Source of the DNA: Selaginella moellendorffii
Lineage: Eukaryota; Plantae; Lycopodiophyta
Direction: 5' to 3'
DNA length: 64,000 nt
NCBI RefSeq assembly: GCF_000143415.4
Contig: NW_003314306.1
Span: forward strand, 1,179,199 to 1,243,198
The notes under the pieces are model-generated. The model had not been told where the DNA came from and ran no database searches. It saw only the letters and a list, made by a program, of their open reading frames with translations. Below are positions 36,362-49,371 of the stretch, piece by piece. The position numbers were made by a program, and so were the translations under genes. Numbering within the stretch: the stretch's first letter is position 1; each line of letters opens with the position of its first letter.

Positions 36362-37442
36362 CACCGAGCTCGTGTGCAAGGAGAGCGGAGTGGTGGAGAT
36401 GAGGAAGAAGAAGCCGACGAGCGATGCCGGGGACCCTCTGGCTTCCTTGTTTGCGCTCAGTGCGCTCAAGAACACTAGCGCCACCGCCGCCGCCGCCGCG
36501 GCCACGGCCAAAAAGAGCTCCGCTTCCTTCTTTTGCACGCCGCGAACCTTGGGTGGTGGGATATCCTCGAGCATGAAGACTCGAAGTATGCGCTGAGCTT
36601 TAGAGGCTGGGATCTCGCACCAAACAACCATTCTTTGGATCAAGTAAGTGTTACGTTTTTCTTTTCTCTTCCTCTCCTTGCGTATTGAATTTGTGTTTGC
36701 TTTCTCTTGAAATTCTTGCGGTTCTTTCTATTTTGTCTTTGTTCTTTGCTTCAAGTCTCAAGCTCTGCTCTCGCTTTGTTATGTCACACAATTACTGACA
36801 AAATGTCCCTGTTCCTTTCCTAGTTTCCATCGTGGACGGGAAGGAGGGCAGGTAGCTGGTCTTGTTGGATGGAATCAGGAAGCTCATATTGTATTGCTCT
36901 TCTGTCAGATCAGTCAATCAGACGTTCTTCTCAAATTGAAGACATACTGTGCAACAAGACAGTATGTCCATGCATCACTTGGATGTTTCAGGTCTCGTCA
37001 TGGAAGGGATCCGTTGTTTTCGTCTTCCTAGCCGGAGCTGGTCATTTGGATATTGGCATGCGTACTTTTAGATGGGAGTGACATTATGAAATAGGTGTCA
37101 TGAGTTCGGAAGTTATCGTCACCTTGAGGAAAAAATCTTGAGCAGATAATGGCTGCCTCAACAGGATATCAATGGTTTGACTTTTTGGTTCACTTGACAG
37201 GGATTGAACCTGGCGTTCTTTTCCTATCGGCCACTTGTCATTTGGGCCGACACTTGGCTCCGGTTATATACATAAGAAAAGTGCTGGTGCTGCTTGCCGC
37301 AGCTCCGATGGAGATCTTCTTGCTGGGAACTGCTCGCTCAAGCGCATGACAAGCCAACTTGTTGCAATCCGGGCATTTGCTATCAGACTCCTCCGTTTAT
37401 CGGGGCTTGCTATCCGTGAATTTCATGAACAGCATGACAATG
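36362..37442 (+). repeat. ~1.1 kb segmental duplicate of 31503-32597 (BORR 3' fragment plus knottin pseudogene copy 2)
   Basis: Near-identical from CACCGAGCTCGTGTGCAAG to CATGACAATG, with small indels. Confidence 0.95.
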
Positions 37443-37961
37443 TTGCGGAATGAACAAACAAATGTTTTTCTGATCCATCAACAGCAAGTTGGAGCATTTC
37501 CTTAATCAGCTGACCTATTTACATTGAGGCCTTCCGTGAAATGGATCTAGTAGGAAATATCGTCCACAAGCAACGGACCCGGCAATGGACCTCTATATTC
37601 CGCAACAAGACTCAGTCGGGTTTCTGTTCCAACAAAACATCAAACTTCCTTCTGGAACGAAATGTCTTACTGTAAAGCTGAAAGGGTCCTTGCCAGGAGG
37701 CCAGGTTCCTCCTCCACACGAGATGGAGGATCCACGGCATGAGTTATCACACCCAGAGCATGTCCAGAAGGAACCACACCACCCTAAGACATTCAATTAA
37801 TTCTTCCAGTGTATTTGTACAATTTCTTCCACAATAATCTCATATAACAACTCGGCTCCATGAGAATTTCATGATGCCTGTGGTAATGCCTTGTTGTATG
37901 TCACTAGTTAATAGCTAATTTGTTTGTATGTGAGATTAACTGGGCCAAACCGTCGATAATC

Positions 37962-38127
37962 ACCACTAGATAGAAAGCATGAAATTGTGAGTTCTGAAAC
38001 AACTATGCATAGCTTCAGATAAAGAACAGTTTATTCATTCGACCATTAGATAGAAAGCATGAAATTGTGAGTTCTGAAACAACTATGCATAGCTTCAGAT
38101 AAAGAACAGTTTATTCATTCGACCATT
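37962..38127 (+). repeat. 80-bp tandem duplication
   Basis: TAGATAGAAAGCATG... at 37967 and 38047; lies in the 3' region of the knottin gene. Confidence 0.95.
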
Positions 38128-38148
38128 TGTGCTTGTACATGCTACTGA

Positions 38149-38331
38149 TCAGTAGCAAGGGCCAACAAATGGAGGAGTGCTGTAGCAGATCCCGGGATTG
38201 CAGCAGAAGGGCATGCTAGATGGGCACTGTGAACTACTTGTGCATCTCCGGTCCTGAGCACTAGCGACTTCCACAAAGCAAATTACTACCAGAGCAGCAA
38301 CCAGCGCAAACAAAACCGCGAACTTCGACAT
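38149..38331 (-). CDS. Secreted 6-Cys knottin-type (cystine-knot) peptide
   Basis: Signal peptide plus QDRRCTSSSQCPSSMPFCCNPGICYSTPPFVGPCY (C-X5-C-X6-CC-X4-C-X9-C); minus-strand TATA-like ATAAATA at ~38370. Confidence 0.85.
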   Translation of the reverse strand: MSKFAVLFALVAALVVICFVEVASAQDRRCTSSSQCPSSMPFCCNPGICYSTPPFVGPCY

Positions 38332-38834
38332 TGTGAAACCAAGATGATTATTCCTCTTGCAGCCTACCTATTTATGAACCAAGTGTTGCCTAAAGGCCGG
38401 TCAAGATTTACATACGCAGTGCCTTCGAGGAACATGATAATGACTGAGAAGTCAGAGCAGCTGTTCACAAGTGCATTTTATAAAGTTAAGTGCTTGAGAA
38501 TGTTCTTAGAATATTTTCCTTTTATTGTGGAGATTATATAATTTTCAACCTTTTTACTATTAACATTAACTTTTTGTTTTGTAGGGTGATGCAAGCTCAA
38601 GTCAAAGCTTTCGGATATCAAAGAACCAATTAGCCAATAGTGAGTATGCATCATCTTCCTCTTGCATGATTATTTATTTTTTATTTTTTTCATCTACTCG
38701 GGTGCGTGAAAATCTTCTACGCAATGGAATTCCCAGCGATTCTGGGAAGAATGGTGTGGGAAATGCATCACTGAGAAAAAGCCCTTTCAAATTGTCTCAG
38801 CTACCTCGCAAACACTTCCAATCTGATTGTATAT

Positions 38835-39085
38835 CTCGACCAGTAGTTCTCTGGAACGCAATGATCATGACATATGCCATATATAGCAAGCAAGCTGCAA
38901 AGTGTGAGCTTTCTAACTATTCTGACAACCCATAGTTTCTCGCGGCAGAGAATACGATGACAGCTCTGGTAAACTTTTATAGAAAGTCTAGCAATGTGGA
39001 TGACTTACGAGCAGTGACAGGTCACAGGATGAAGCAGCTGAGCTTGGTACCTGGAACACGACAATCACTGGCTTGCTTACGTCCA
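38835..39085 (+). pseudogene. Degraded PLS-class PPR fragment
   Basis: VVLWNAMIMTYA, TALVNFYRKSSNVDDLRAV and TWNTTITGL in shifting frames. Confidence 0.55.
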
Positions 39086-39978
39086 AAGAAAGGATGAAGA
39101 TCGAAGATGCAACAGGTATTATCCTTTTCTCTTTCTTTTATACAACAACACCACAGTGAGATAGAAATAAGCACAACACTCACACATGGCAGGGCCTCCA
39201 CAATGCAGTATTTTTAGAGCAAAGGCCTCTGCCACATGCCACATCATGAGAGGCAATGTCCTATGCTCCAGATAATTGATAGAACTTATCAAATAGGACT
39301 TAAGAAGCTCAATGAGATGTACATATAAAGGTTACATATAAAACAAACTTTCATGCTGACTGCTGATGGGAATTCAGTACAAAATTGGTAGTGCATAAAT
39401 CTTTTCTACTTCTCCCAAGAGAGCTAAGGTAACTTTATGTGTAAATAAAATTTAAATTTATAAAGGAATAAAATATTTATTATTTGTGCTTATTATTATA
39501 TAAAGTTTTTATTTAACCACTTTTTTTCTATCTTTTCCAATGGAGCTGGATTAAGATCAAGTGCTTTTAAAGCCATAACATATAAAGTAAATTACACACT
39601 TGTCAAGTATTTGTCATCTTTATATTTATTAAGAAATATAACCATGGCAAAAATTGAACCCTAAACCTCTACTCATGGGATTAATATGAATCCAGACCTA
39701 AATTACATATTTGGATTAGCTTGGGGTCTAACCACATTAGTTTCCAAAACTCCTATAAAAATAGAGTTACAATGAGCTCCTAACAGTTAAAACACTCTAA
39801 TATCACTAGCTTTTTCGAATCCTCTTCTTCAACTCTACTCAAATCTTGATATTCTGCGGAAGTTATATTAAGTGTTGAAGTAATCCAATATAGTACTTTA
39901 CATATAGCTTTAGCAAATTATTTAGCACCAACAATGACTTTTTTATTTATATATGCTAGTAAAGTTTGATGGTTTGAG

Positions 39979-40153
39979 TGTAAGCAATAAAAAAGAACAA
40001 CTCAATAAATAATCCATTAGGGTTCAAATATAGTGGGAAAAGGCTATGAATAAATTGATTAAAGGTTTTAAGATACTTTAAATTAAACATCTTTGGGTTT
40101 AAATAGTATTGAGTTGGGTGATTTTATAAGAAGTTCAAATTCAAGAGTTTACA
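39979..40153 (+). mobile_element. Degenerate solo LTR of the Cassandra-like family
   Basis: TGTAAGC...GTTTACA termini; flanks TTGAG/CCGAA are compatible with a deaminated CCGAG TSD. Confidence 0.75.
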
Positions 40154-40199
40154 CCGAATTTGATGATATAGCCTTTGAAAAACATTTTTACCTTGGATT

Positions 40200-43100
40200 T
40201 CATGACGATATCAAAGATTTCATACTCTCTCATTTAGATCTAACATCCATTGATATTAATATTTATTATAATAATCAATTGGAAGAATGATAATTGAAGT
40301 ATCATCATCAAACCTTTATGCCTTATCCAATGGCCTCAATCTTGGAGTAACTAGCATATGAGAAAATAAGATTTTTCAGTGCCATAGAGAGAATTGTGCA
40401 ATGGAATTTGATGCCATAATCAAGCATCCAATAGATCATTTCTTGCCTATAATACAACAAGGTATTATGGCTTGACAATTGTTTAGGGTGGAATTTAGGC
40501 CGATTCTAGTTAGATTTTAGTTTAAGCAAGGCATAATTCCAATAGAAATTAGAGCCATATATTAACGGGTTTTCCCAATATTGAATGACAATGTTGAATT
40601 AGACAATTCTCCCCTTCTCCAAATCTTCTTCTTATGCTTCTCTAATATTAATTTCTCACATTTCTTTACATGAGTTTTGGCCATTATAATCCTAGTTTTT
40701 TTTTTGCAATTACCATTCATCTAATGTCAACTTCATCTATCATGATCAAATCTACTTTTCCCTTATGTAGGTTGATTTCAAGGATATTTTCAACAAAAGG
40801 CTCATTCACATTTTACCATCATATCAACTTTATAATTATTCTATTGATCTTATAAAGAGGAAATTACCACCATTTAGTTATATCTATAATCTTTTACTAC
40901 TAAAGTTGGAAACATAACTAAAGATCACTACCTCCATCCTTGAGGTATTTTTTAGTTCCATAGCAAAGGCTCTACTTGGCAAGTCTAAGAGTGTTCATCC
41001 CTAGTAAGTCCCTTTAACATTTTCTATTATGGGCTTTATCCTCAACTCAATTTTACGACCCTTCTTTGGGTCCTTCCTTAGAAATTACTTTTCTTAAACT
41101 CATAATACTATTGTATTTTATAGTTTATTTCCTTTAAGTGTCCTTCCCACTTGGTCACCTTGACTAAATCACACTATATTATTTATTCAAATCACTACTT
41201 TAAACTAGGAATACCGTTCCTTAACCCACCAAGGAGCTTGTCCTTAACTATCAGCTATAGAATCACTTAATGGTTTTACATAAACAATTTAATGGGTTTT
41301 CAAACCTCTAAGTTGTTGACTACAACCCCAGGGCATCCCCCACACTTGGCAGTGTGCATAAGCTAATCCTTTTAGTCAAGGGTCTATAGCAATTGAGTTT
41401 AGGTATCCCCATTTCATTCACTATATCCTTGGTGCCACTTACACCAAAGTGTTCATATTAGATATGCCAAGATTTCACACTAAACAATATAACCATGTAT
41501 TATGATTTTAGGGCATCTCTCGCTTGGTAGTGTGCCCAAGCTAACCTCCTTACTAAGAGTCTATGACCACTGAAAAATAAATGTCCTCATATTCTAAAAC
41601 ATTATTATGGCCTAGTGAATTGGTACTTGAACCCAAGTATTAAAAAGTTAGGACTTAAACCCAACCTCCACATATGCATCTACGGACGGCATCATCTAGA
41701 ATGCCTAGCATGATTCCCTACGTTGATACATCAATTTATATCCAATGCACGGTACGAATCAAAGTTTAGGAACCTAGTTCCTCCAAACTTCCAAGTCCTA
41801 TCATTTGATAAACTAGTTGACCAGCATGTGATCATGCATAGACTCCTTCATGCTTGGCCCCATGAGCCACCTTTTTGAAGTCATCACTTTCAATTAGGTT
41901 CTTTGTTCCTCCTCCTTGTTAATCCCATTTAGCAAGTCACCCAATCAACATAACATGATTTTGAAAGTTTTTAAACATCAAATTTCGTTTAAAGCCATTT
42001 TTTAAAACACTTAAGAACCATTTCCCTAACTTTGATAGCTTTGCTTTATAACAAGCTTCAAGACCATACTTCTGCTGCACCACTGTAATTTTGTATATTC
42101 CTATAAACTATTTACACTTGGCTTTTTAGGTACTAACTTACCTAGAATTGTCTTTCGGAATATGATTTTATCATGTAGTTTCCTAAAGCTTCCTTTTTTA
42201 GAAGTTTTCTATAATTTCATACTTTAAACTCACCATGGCACCACAATTGCCAATAATAACACCTTTGAGCACCCATTTGATTTTTCACTCTCAACTTACA
42301 TAATTAATCTTGGTATGCCCTTTGATTCCTATAGTTTGATTGTATCCTTTTATTACTTGCTTTCGGCCCTACACATTTTCTTCTGTTATTCTTTTCTAGG
42401 CTAGAAAGATAGCTTTGCATTTTCTACCATACCTCAGCAAATATTTTTAGGGATGAACCTACTCGATAGCCTAGAGAGTGGTTTTTCAATATGGATATAT
42501 TCATCTTGCAATCCTATACATTGGAATTATTATTGCTACTTATGCACTTTTGTATACCTATCACTAGTATTGCCAAAATTCCTTTTGACTTTGTCTAATT
42601 CGGATAGATGGATTTCTCCCATCTTTGCAACTTTGGATGTTGAATAGCACCTCCTATCGATTATTCGTTAGGGATTTAATCCCTTAGGCTTTATTAAATG
42701 CCCTCATAATACCAAACACCACTTTCTGGTGTTTTAAAGTATTTATATATCTTAATGATGGCCTTCTTTGGCAATGAGCATTTTCTTTTACAACATTAAT
42801 TTATTATATCGCAACATAAGCAATTTATCTCTTGAGGGATATATCTAACCCCCTTATCCAAATAAAAAGTCTTGGGAAGTTAACTTTCACTTATCTAATC
42901 AATTATGTCATACCTTTTGTTTAATTACCTTATATTTGTTACGTTTTATAACTCATTATTGGTTCTTTCACACCTCCATCATTATTTGGGTCATTGCACT
43001 CGAATTATATACCTTTTAAATTAAGCTATGTCAATCCCATTTCTATTGGGATTCCTTTGGCAAGGGGTTTTCATGAACTAACTAATTTGACCTCAAGGTA

Positions 43101-44489
43101 TCACACCTTAGAACATTTGGTGTCTTCACACCATTGACTCTATAAGTATACCCTCATGACACTTACCACTTATGTCTAAGTTTTTGCTAAGACCATCGTA
43201 ATCATTTCTTATGCAACTATCAATTCACACTACAATATAGTATTCACATATAACAACTTGTCAAAGTTGTTTTCTTTCATAAACACCTTTCCACGACTTT
43301 AGTATGGCATATTCTGCTATTAATGAGATACCCATTGTTTTCATATTTGGATCTTATGATCCTCCCAATCTTTCATAAGGTACAACACACCTTAGTCTAT
43401 ATGTATTTCAAATAATCCCTTAGGATCATTCTTTAACTCTATAGAGTCATCTAGTTTTTGGACTTGTTAATCTGAGAACTCATAATGTCCAAGCTTTATA
43501 ACTCCTTTTGAGTAGCCATCTCGTTGGAATACAATTTCATGTATTCATATTCTATTCACAAGGACTATATTTGCAAATGTTGCTTCGATACTTGATCATC
43601 CTTTATTTTACATGAGCTATTTTTGATTTACAACATTGATTCACTATATCGCAATATAAGCAATTTATCTCTCAAGGGATATATTTAACCTTCTTATTCA
43701 AATAAAAAGTCTTGGGAAGTTAACTTTTACCCATCCAATCAATTATGTCACATCTTTTGTTTAGTTACTTTATAGTTACAACTCATTGTTAGTTCTTCCA
43801 CACCTCTATTATTATTTAGGTCACTGCACTCAAATCATATACCTTCTAACTTAGGATATGCCAATCTCATTTCCATTGGGATTTTTTTGGCAAGGGGTTC
43901 TCATGAACTAACTAACTTGACCTTGAAGCATCACGCTTTGGAACATTTAGTGTCTCCACACCATCAACTCTATGAGCCTACCCTCACAACACTTACCACT
44001 TGTATCTAAGTTTTTGCTAGGACCATCATAGTTTTTTCTTATACTAACTATCAATTAGCACTATAATATAGTGTTCACACACAACAACTTTTCAAAGTTG
44101 CTTTCTTTCGTAAACACTTTTCCATGACTTTAGTATAGCATGTTCTGCCATTAATGAAATACTCACTACTCTTATATTTCGATTTCATGATCCTCTCAAT
44201 CTTTCATAAGGTACAACACACCTTAATCCATATGTGTTCCCACTAATCCTTTAGGATCATTCTTTAACTCTATAGAGTCATTTAACTTTTGGACTTGTTA
44301 ATTTGATAATCTGTAATGTCCAAGCTTATGGCTTCTTTTGAGCTGCTATTTCATTAGAATACAACTTCATGTATTCATGTTCTATTCACAAGGACCATGT
44401 TTGCAAATGTTGTTTCAACACTTATAAGCTATTTTGCCCCTTAAAACTATCCTTCTACGAGGAGAACGCTCACTCATCCTCTAAGAACA
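40200..44489. mobile_element. AT-rich decayed retroelement field with copia-like protease relic and ~830-bp direct repeat
   Basis: Minus-strand YWMLDYGIKFHCT (~40395-40435) resembles WxLDSGASxHxT; 42790-43595 is repeated at 43630-44426 with mostly transition differences. Confidence 0.5.
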
Positions 44490-44589
44490 NNNNNNNNNNN
44501 NNNNNNNNNNNNNNNNNNNNNNNNNNNNNNNNNNNNNNNNNNNNNNNNNNNNNNNNNNNNNNNNNNNNNNNNNNNNNNNNNNNNNNNNN
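44490..44589. other. Assembly gap (100 N)
   Basis: Run of N. Confidence 1.
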
Positions 44590-44738
44590 ACACTCAATTT
44601 TTGAGTCGAAGGCTTAATCCAAATGTGTTACGCTGTTTGCCTTCTACTTTGGCCACTACCATGTGGCACCCTCTCGGCTCTACTTTAGGGCTTAGGGATT
44701 TGTGTTTCATATTAAATTGACTTATGTGATGATTACAA

Positions 44739-45309
44739 TGTAAGCAACCAAAGAGAACGACTCGAAAGGCGATCCATAAGGGTTCAAATATAAAGGGAAA
44801 GGGCCCATGAACAAGAGTGCACCCTTTTTTCCAATCGGTTAATGGTCTTGGGATATTTGGGTTAAGTGTTTTTGGGTTTGAATAGTACTGGGCTGGGTGA
44901 CCTCCCAGGAAGTCCAAACTTAGGAGCTTACATTTGGTATTAGAGCGGTCTTGAGTCTAAGGGAATCACACCACATGTTGATTAACATCTGGCTAGTTTA
45001 GTTTGCTCCCGCTAGGCTCGACCCAAGGGGTAGGGTGTCAAGAGAGCGGGGCTCTCGGGAGAGCTGCGACTTTCAGCTTTCATTCACGAGAGTGTGAATT
45101 TACGGGGAAACGTAATGGATTGTAAGCAACTAAAGAGAACGACTCGAAAGGCGATCCATTCAAATATAGAGGGAAAGGGCCCATGAACAAGAGTGCACCC
45201 CGTTTTCCAATCGGTTAAAGGTCTTGGGATATTTGGGGTTAAGTGTCCTTAGGTTTGAATAGTACTGGGCTAAATGACCTCTTAGGAAGTCTAAACTCAA
45301 GAGCTTACA
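44739..45309 (+). mobile_element. Complete Cassandra-type TRIM (5S-derived LTRs)
   Basis: LTRs 44739-44932 and 45121-45309 with TGTAAGC..GCTTACA ends, PBS TGGTATTAGAGC (44935), 188-bp non-coding interior, TACAA TSD on both sides, 5S-like segment at 44861-44915. Confidence 0.92.
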
Positions 45310-48300
45310 TACAACTTTATTAGTATTTGGGAAATTGATGAGTGAAAAATAATATTTTGTACTTGTTATGGCCACTTTGAATACATAGTGATGCCTTTTG
45401 CTTTGATAATTGCCTTTAATATTTTCCCACATATAGCAAATTATGTTTTTCATGATTTTGTTTTTGTCTCATTTATTATGATGACATATCTTCTATGAGA
45501 TTCAAGAAGAGCATAATCATTATATGTGTCTTTTTTTTCAGCACCTTTAACAATAAGGCATTTTTGCAAAGTTGGAGAAATGTTATTTTAAATAAGATGT
45601 AATTATCATTTTTTCATGATCATTAATCCTTCTAAGATTTCCACCATTCTTGGGTGGCAATACTGAACTTCTATTATGATATCTAATGCTTCCTTGTTTT
45701 GCAAACTTGTATTGACATTTCTTTTTGGACTTTTTTAAAATCACTTTTCCTTAAATACAATTCATTATAAAGAATGTATATTTTGTATTGTTTTTGCTAC
45801 CCAGACTTATTTTTATCTCTTGAAATTTAGATTCACTTTCACTCTAGATTATCTATCCAAATAATACAAAGATATATTTTATCGAGGTAAATATTTTAGA
45901 GTTTACTTTATGTACTATCTTTTCATAGTAGGAACCAAAATTATGACATCTTTAATAGGGTGTTACTTACAATTATAGACTCTTTCAAAGTTTATAATTT
46001 CTTTAAAGATTCTCCCCAGATAATCACTTAATCTTGTATTTATAAATTATAATTATAAACTTCCATTTGATTAATTAGATTAATAAATAGAAATAACATT
46101 ACTATTAAACAAACCAACACACAGCAAATTATAGTGATTATAAAAACCTCTACTATTAATCTTTGATAGGAATCCTTAATTGGCATTTGGCTCAATAGTC
46201 ATAATTATTATGCCATTTTTGGTTTGTGATTATAAATTACTTAGAGAAAATAAATGGCATTTGAACTCCAGCATCAAACTCTTAAGGGGGGGTGTCCAAA
46301 TGCATAGATAGTGGTTAGGTTTTATTGTTTGACTCCTTGCTAATATTGTCTTTATTTTATATCCTGTTTGTCAAGCTCCATACCATGTTAGATAGTGGAG
46401 TATCTATTGGTATACTGAAATAGTGCTAAATTCCATTTAGCATTGTTTTGTATATTGGTCTTAGCATTGGAATACTAAATGTTTTAGGACTATTTCATTG
46501 TCACTTTATACTCCTATTCTTTTGCTCTTTAGTTGTATGTTCAAAAGTTGTTTTATGGTCTAGTTCTTTCACTCTTTGGCTATATATTCAAAAATTTAGT
46601 TTTGTCCCTTTGTTCAATAACCTAAGGCTATGAAACTCAAATTTCACTCTATTGCCCTTGGCATATGTGTTCAAAGGTTAAGTTCTGCTCCATCGTTATC
46701 TTATAGTATAGGGTAATTATATGCATTACATTTAGTAAAAAAGGATATATTTCAATGAGTACTATCCAATGAGATTATGCAATTAATCCTATTGCATATA
46801 TAAAGATGAAAACAATAATCCAAATGAGTATACATTTGATTACTAAAGCTTCATGTGCATCCTTTAGAATAGATTTTGGTTACCATAAGTTATCACCAAC
46901 TATTATCACTCAACTATAGAGTTCCTTCTTGTCACATAAACAATGCCAAATATGAATCTATGGTCTATGAAGCTTATGATATTTAATCATTCCTAATAGA
47001 TACACTTTTAGTATTATCTATGTACCAAGGCTGGAAGATTGATTTCAATTACAATAAAAAATTTAACTTCTTCAATTAAATCTATACATCTTAAAAGCTT
47101 GGCCAAGTAGATATTAGTAAGAAGTAAAATAAAAACTATATATCTTTCATTATAGAACATTCTAGCAATGATTTCCATTTTGAAATTGTTTAGAAATGGT
47201 GATGAAGCAATCACTTGTGATAATGGAATTGCCCATAAAAGAAACACTGTGTGCATTTCTTGTTACACAACCCTCTTAGCATAGATACCAAAATTATCAT
47301 GCCAGCATTAAGAGCAGTGTTACATGTGAGGGATACCTAGGAAACTTCTGGGTCCTCCCATATTTTATGTGGGGGCATGGGATCTGTCTAGGTTTACCTG
47401 GCAGTGCCCTGGGCCCTGGTTCTGGGCCTGGGAGAGCATTGGCCATACACGTGTACAAAAAATAGAAAATCTTAGAGATAAAATACTTAAAAAATTACTA
47501 TATATAGCATGCTAGTCTACTAGAGCTGTCTAAGTGATCATCAGTACTAATTTTGTTAGGGTTTCTTAGAGATGTATTTATCTTGACTGTTAATTTGAAA
47601 CATCACAAATTTAAATAGGCTAAGCATGATTTCTTATTTAAAATTTTCTCTAATCAAGGTTTAAAATTAATACTATTACTACAAATTGTGTTTAAACTTC
47701 TAACTTTCATCTAGCCAGATTGCACTGTGAGTAGCAAATATGGATCTCCACGATTTCATCCTCAACTGCCTCCCTAGATTGAGGATGGCTCCACCAAGCA
47801 TGTCCATCTCTCCTTGGGCATTCTTGCTGCTGGAGGAAGCAAAAAATCTCAAAGTATACACAGCAATTGAACCTCATATCCTAGTGTGACTTTGCTTTTG
47901 GCCATGCTTGCACTTTCTCTGCTGGGAGTCTCTTGTTTGCTAGGAGTGATGGCAGGAAAGCAGCACTACTCCTACAAGCAGTCATCTCAGCAAGATGTAC
48001 AAGAAAGGATTTTTTTTTAACAAATCTTGTAAGCACATCCCATGATAAGAATCTTAATCCAATCTAGGGAATCAGCAGGTAAGATTCATGCTGTTGTGTC
48101 TTTTTCTTTTCTTTGGGCTAGATACAAAGGATTTCAATGATAGATTCTCTTGGGTCAATGCCCATTTTAACCATAGTTTAGCTATATTATTGGTATGAAT
48201 TATTTTAACTTAGTATCAATAATTTCTTCAAGTGATCTATGACAAAGCAACCAACGTGTGCAAATCTAGAAAAAGAAAATTTACTTTACTAGTGAAGGTA

Positions 48301-49371
48301 GGGCTGATTTATCATTGAAACTTCTTGCCTCTCCAGCTGGGCGCTAATGACCCTATTAACACGTAATAATAATTGCCAAAGCTTCTTTGATAACTATAAA
48401 AACAAGGAAGAAAGAAAATAAAGCTTATCAGATGAAAAGGGATTCTCTAAAGTGACAGCACCAAAAAAGACAGTGAGAAAAAACTTTTGATTCAAGCGCC
48501 TTCCCAGGATTCCAGGCATACAGTAGTTCAGTTTGATTCACCGACCAAGATAATGGAACGAGAAGCTTCAGGAAAACGTGGACAATACACCTTCATTTCG
48601 ACAGAGTACTCAGCTTTTTCTCTGCGCCTTATTTCGCTGAACTGGACTGGCAGTCCTGGCAGACAAATTCCTATAGAAACTCCAAACTACCTTGGGTATT
48701 ATGCCACCTTGGGCATTTTAAAAAAAAGAAAAACAGTCAAACCGAGCGGTTCACTATTCACGGATCAACAAGCAAATTTGAAATCTTCGGAGGGCTCTCA
48801 TAAGCTTAGTATTGCTCAACGTCTTTCCAAACGAAGCAGATTTTCTTAGGAAGTTTGGTTTACCCCTCTGCTAGATTGCAGTCATTCTGCATCTGAAACC
48901 TTTACGCCATTGCACACCACTCCAGAGCATTGACGCAACTGTGAGCAAACTACTAAAGCAACATACCAAAATCTTTCAAAGAATCTCCGAGTTCTTACTC
49001 TCTTGGAAAATTTTCTAGTCGGCCTAGCTTCGACTCAATTCTACTCCTCCTTAAATATCTAAAAAGCATGTTCTTCTGCCAAACAGTGATCGTGCTGCTA
49101 TAAAACTCTAGAAAAGTTCCCAGTGTACGAGGTGCTTGCGTTTCCATGTTATTCTAGCCTTGCCACTGGCGTGGTTTTCCATAAGAAATAGCTGCCATTG
49201 TCATTGAATGGCATAAAGCAAACCATCCTGCTGACGGTATAAGATTGACATTGTCTTGTCCCACAGGAACACAGGATACGTGTTCCTCGTGGCCACCCAA
49301 CACGAAAAAGCGTGCATCAATCCTTTTCAACACAAGTTCCACCTTACAGTGTTAAATACAAAATATGGCCT

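Noticed and set aside
37500-37860. Cys-rich minus-strand ORF and exon-like pieces
   Set aside because: Splice-like signals are present but I found no consistent frame or recognisable family.
44861-44915. 5S rRNA gene
   Set aside because: Only the internal ~55 nt match, and they sit inside an LTR.
44369-44917. ORFs around the N gap
   Set aside because: They span the assembly gap or antisense LTR sequence.
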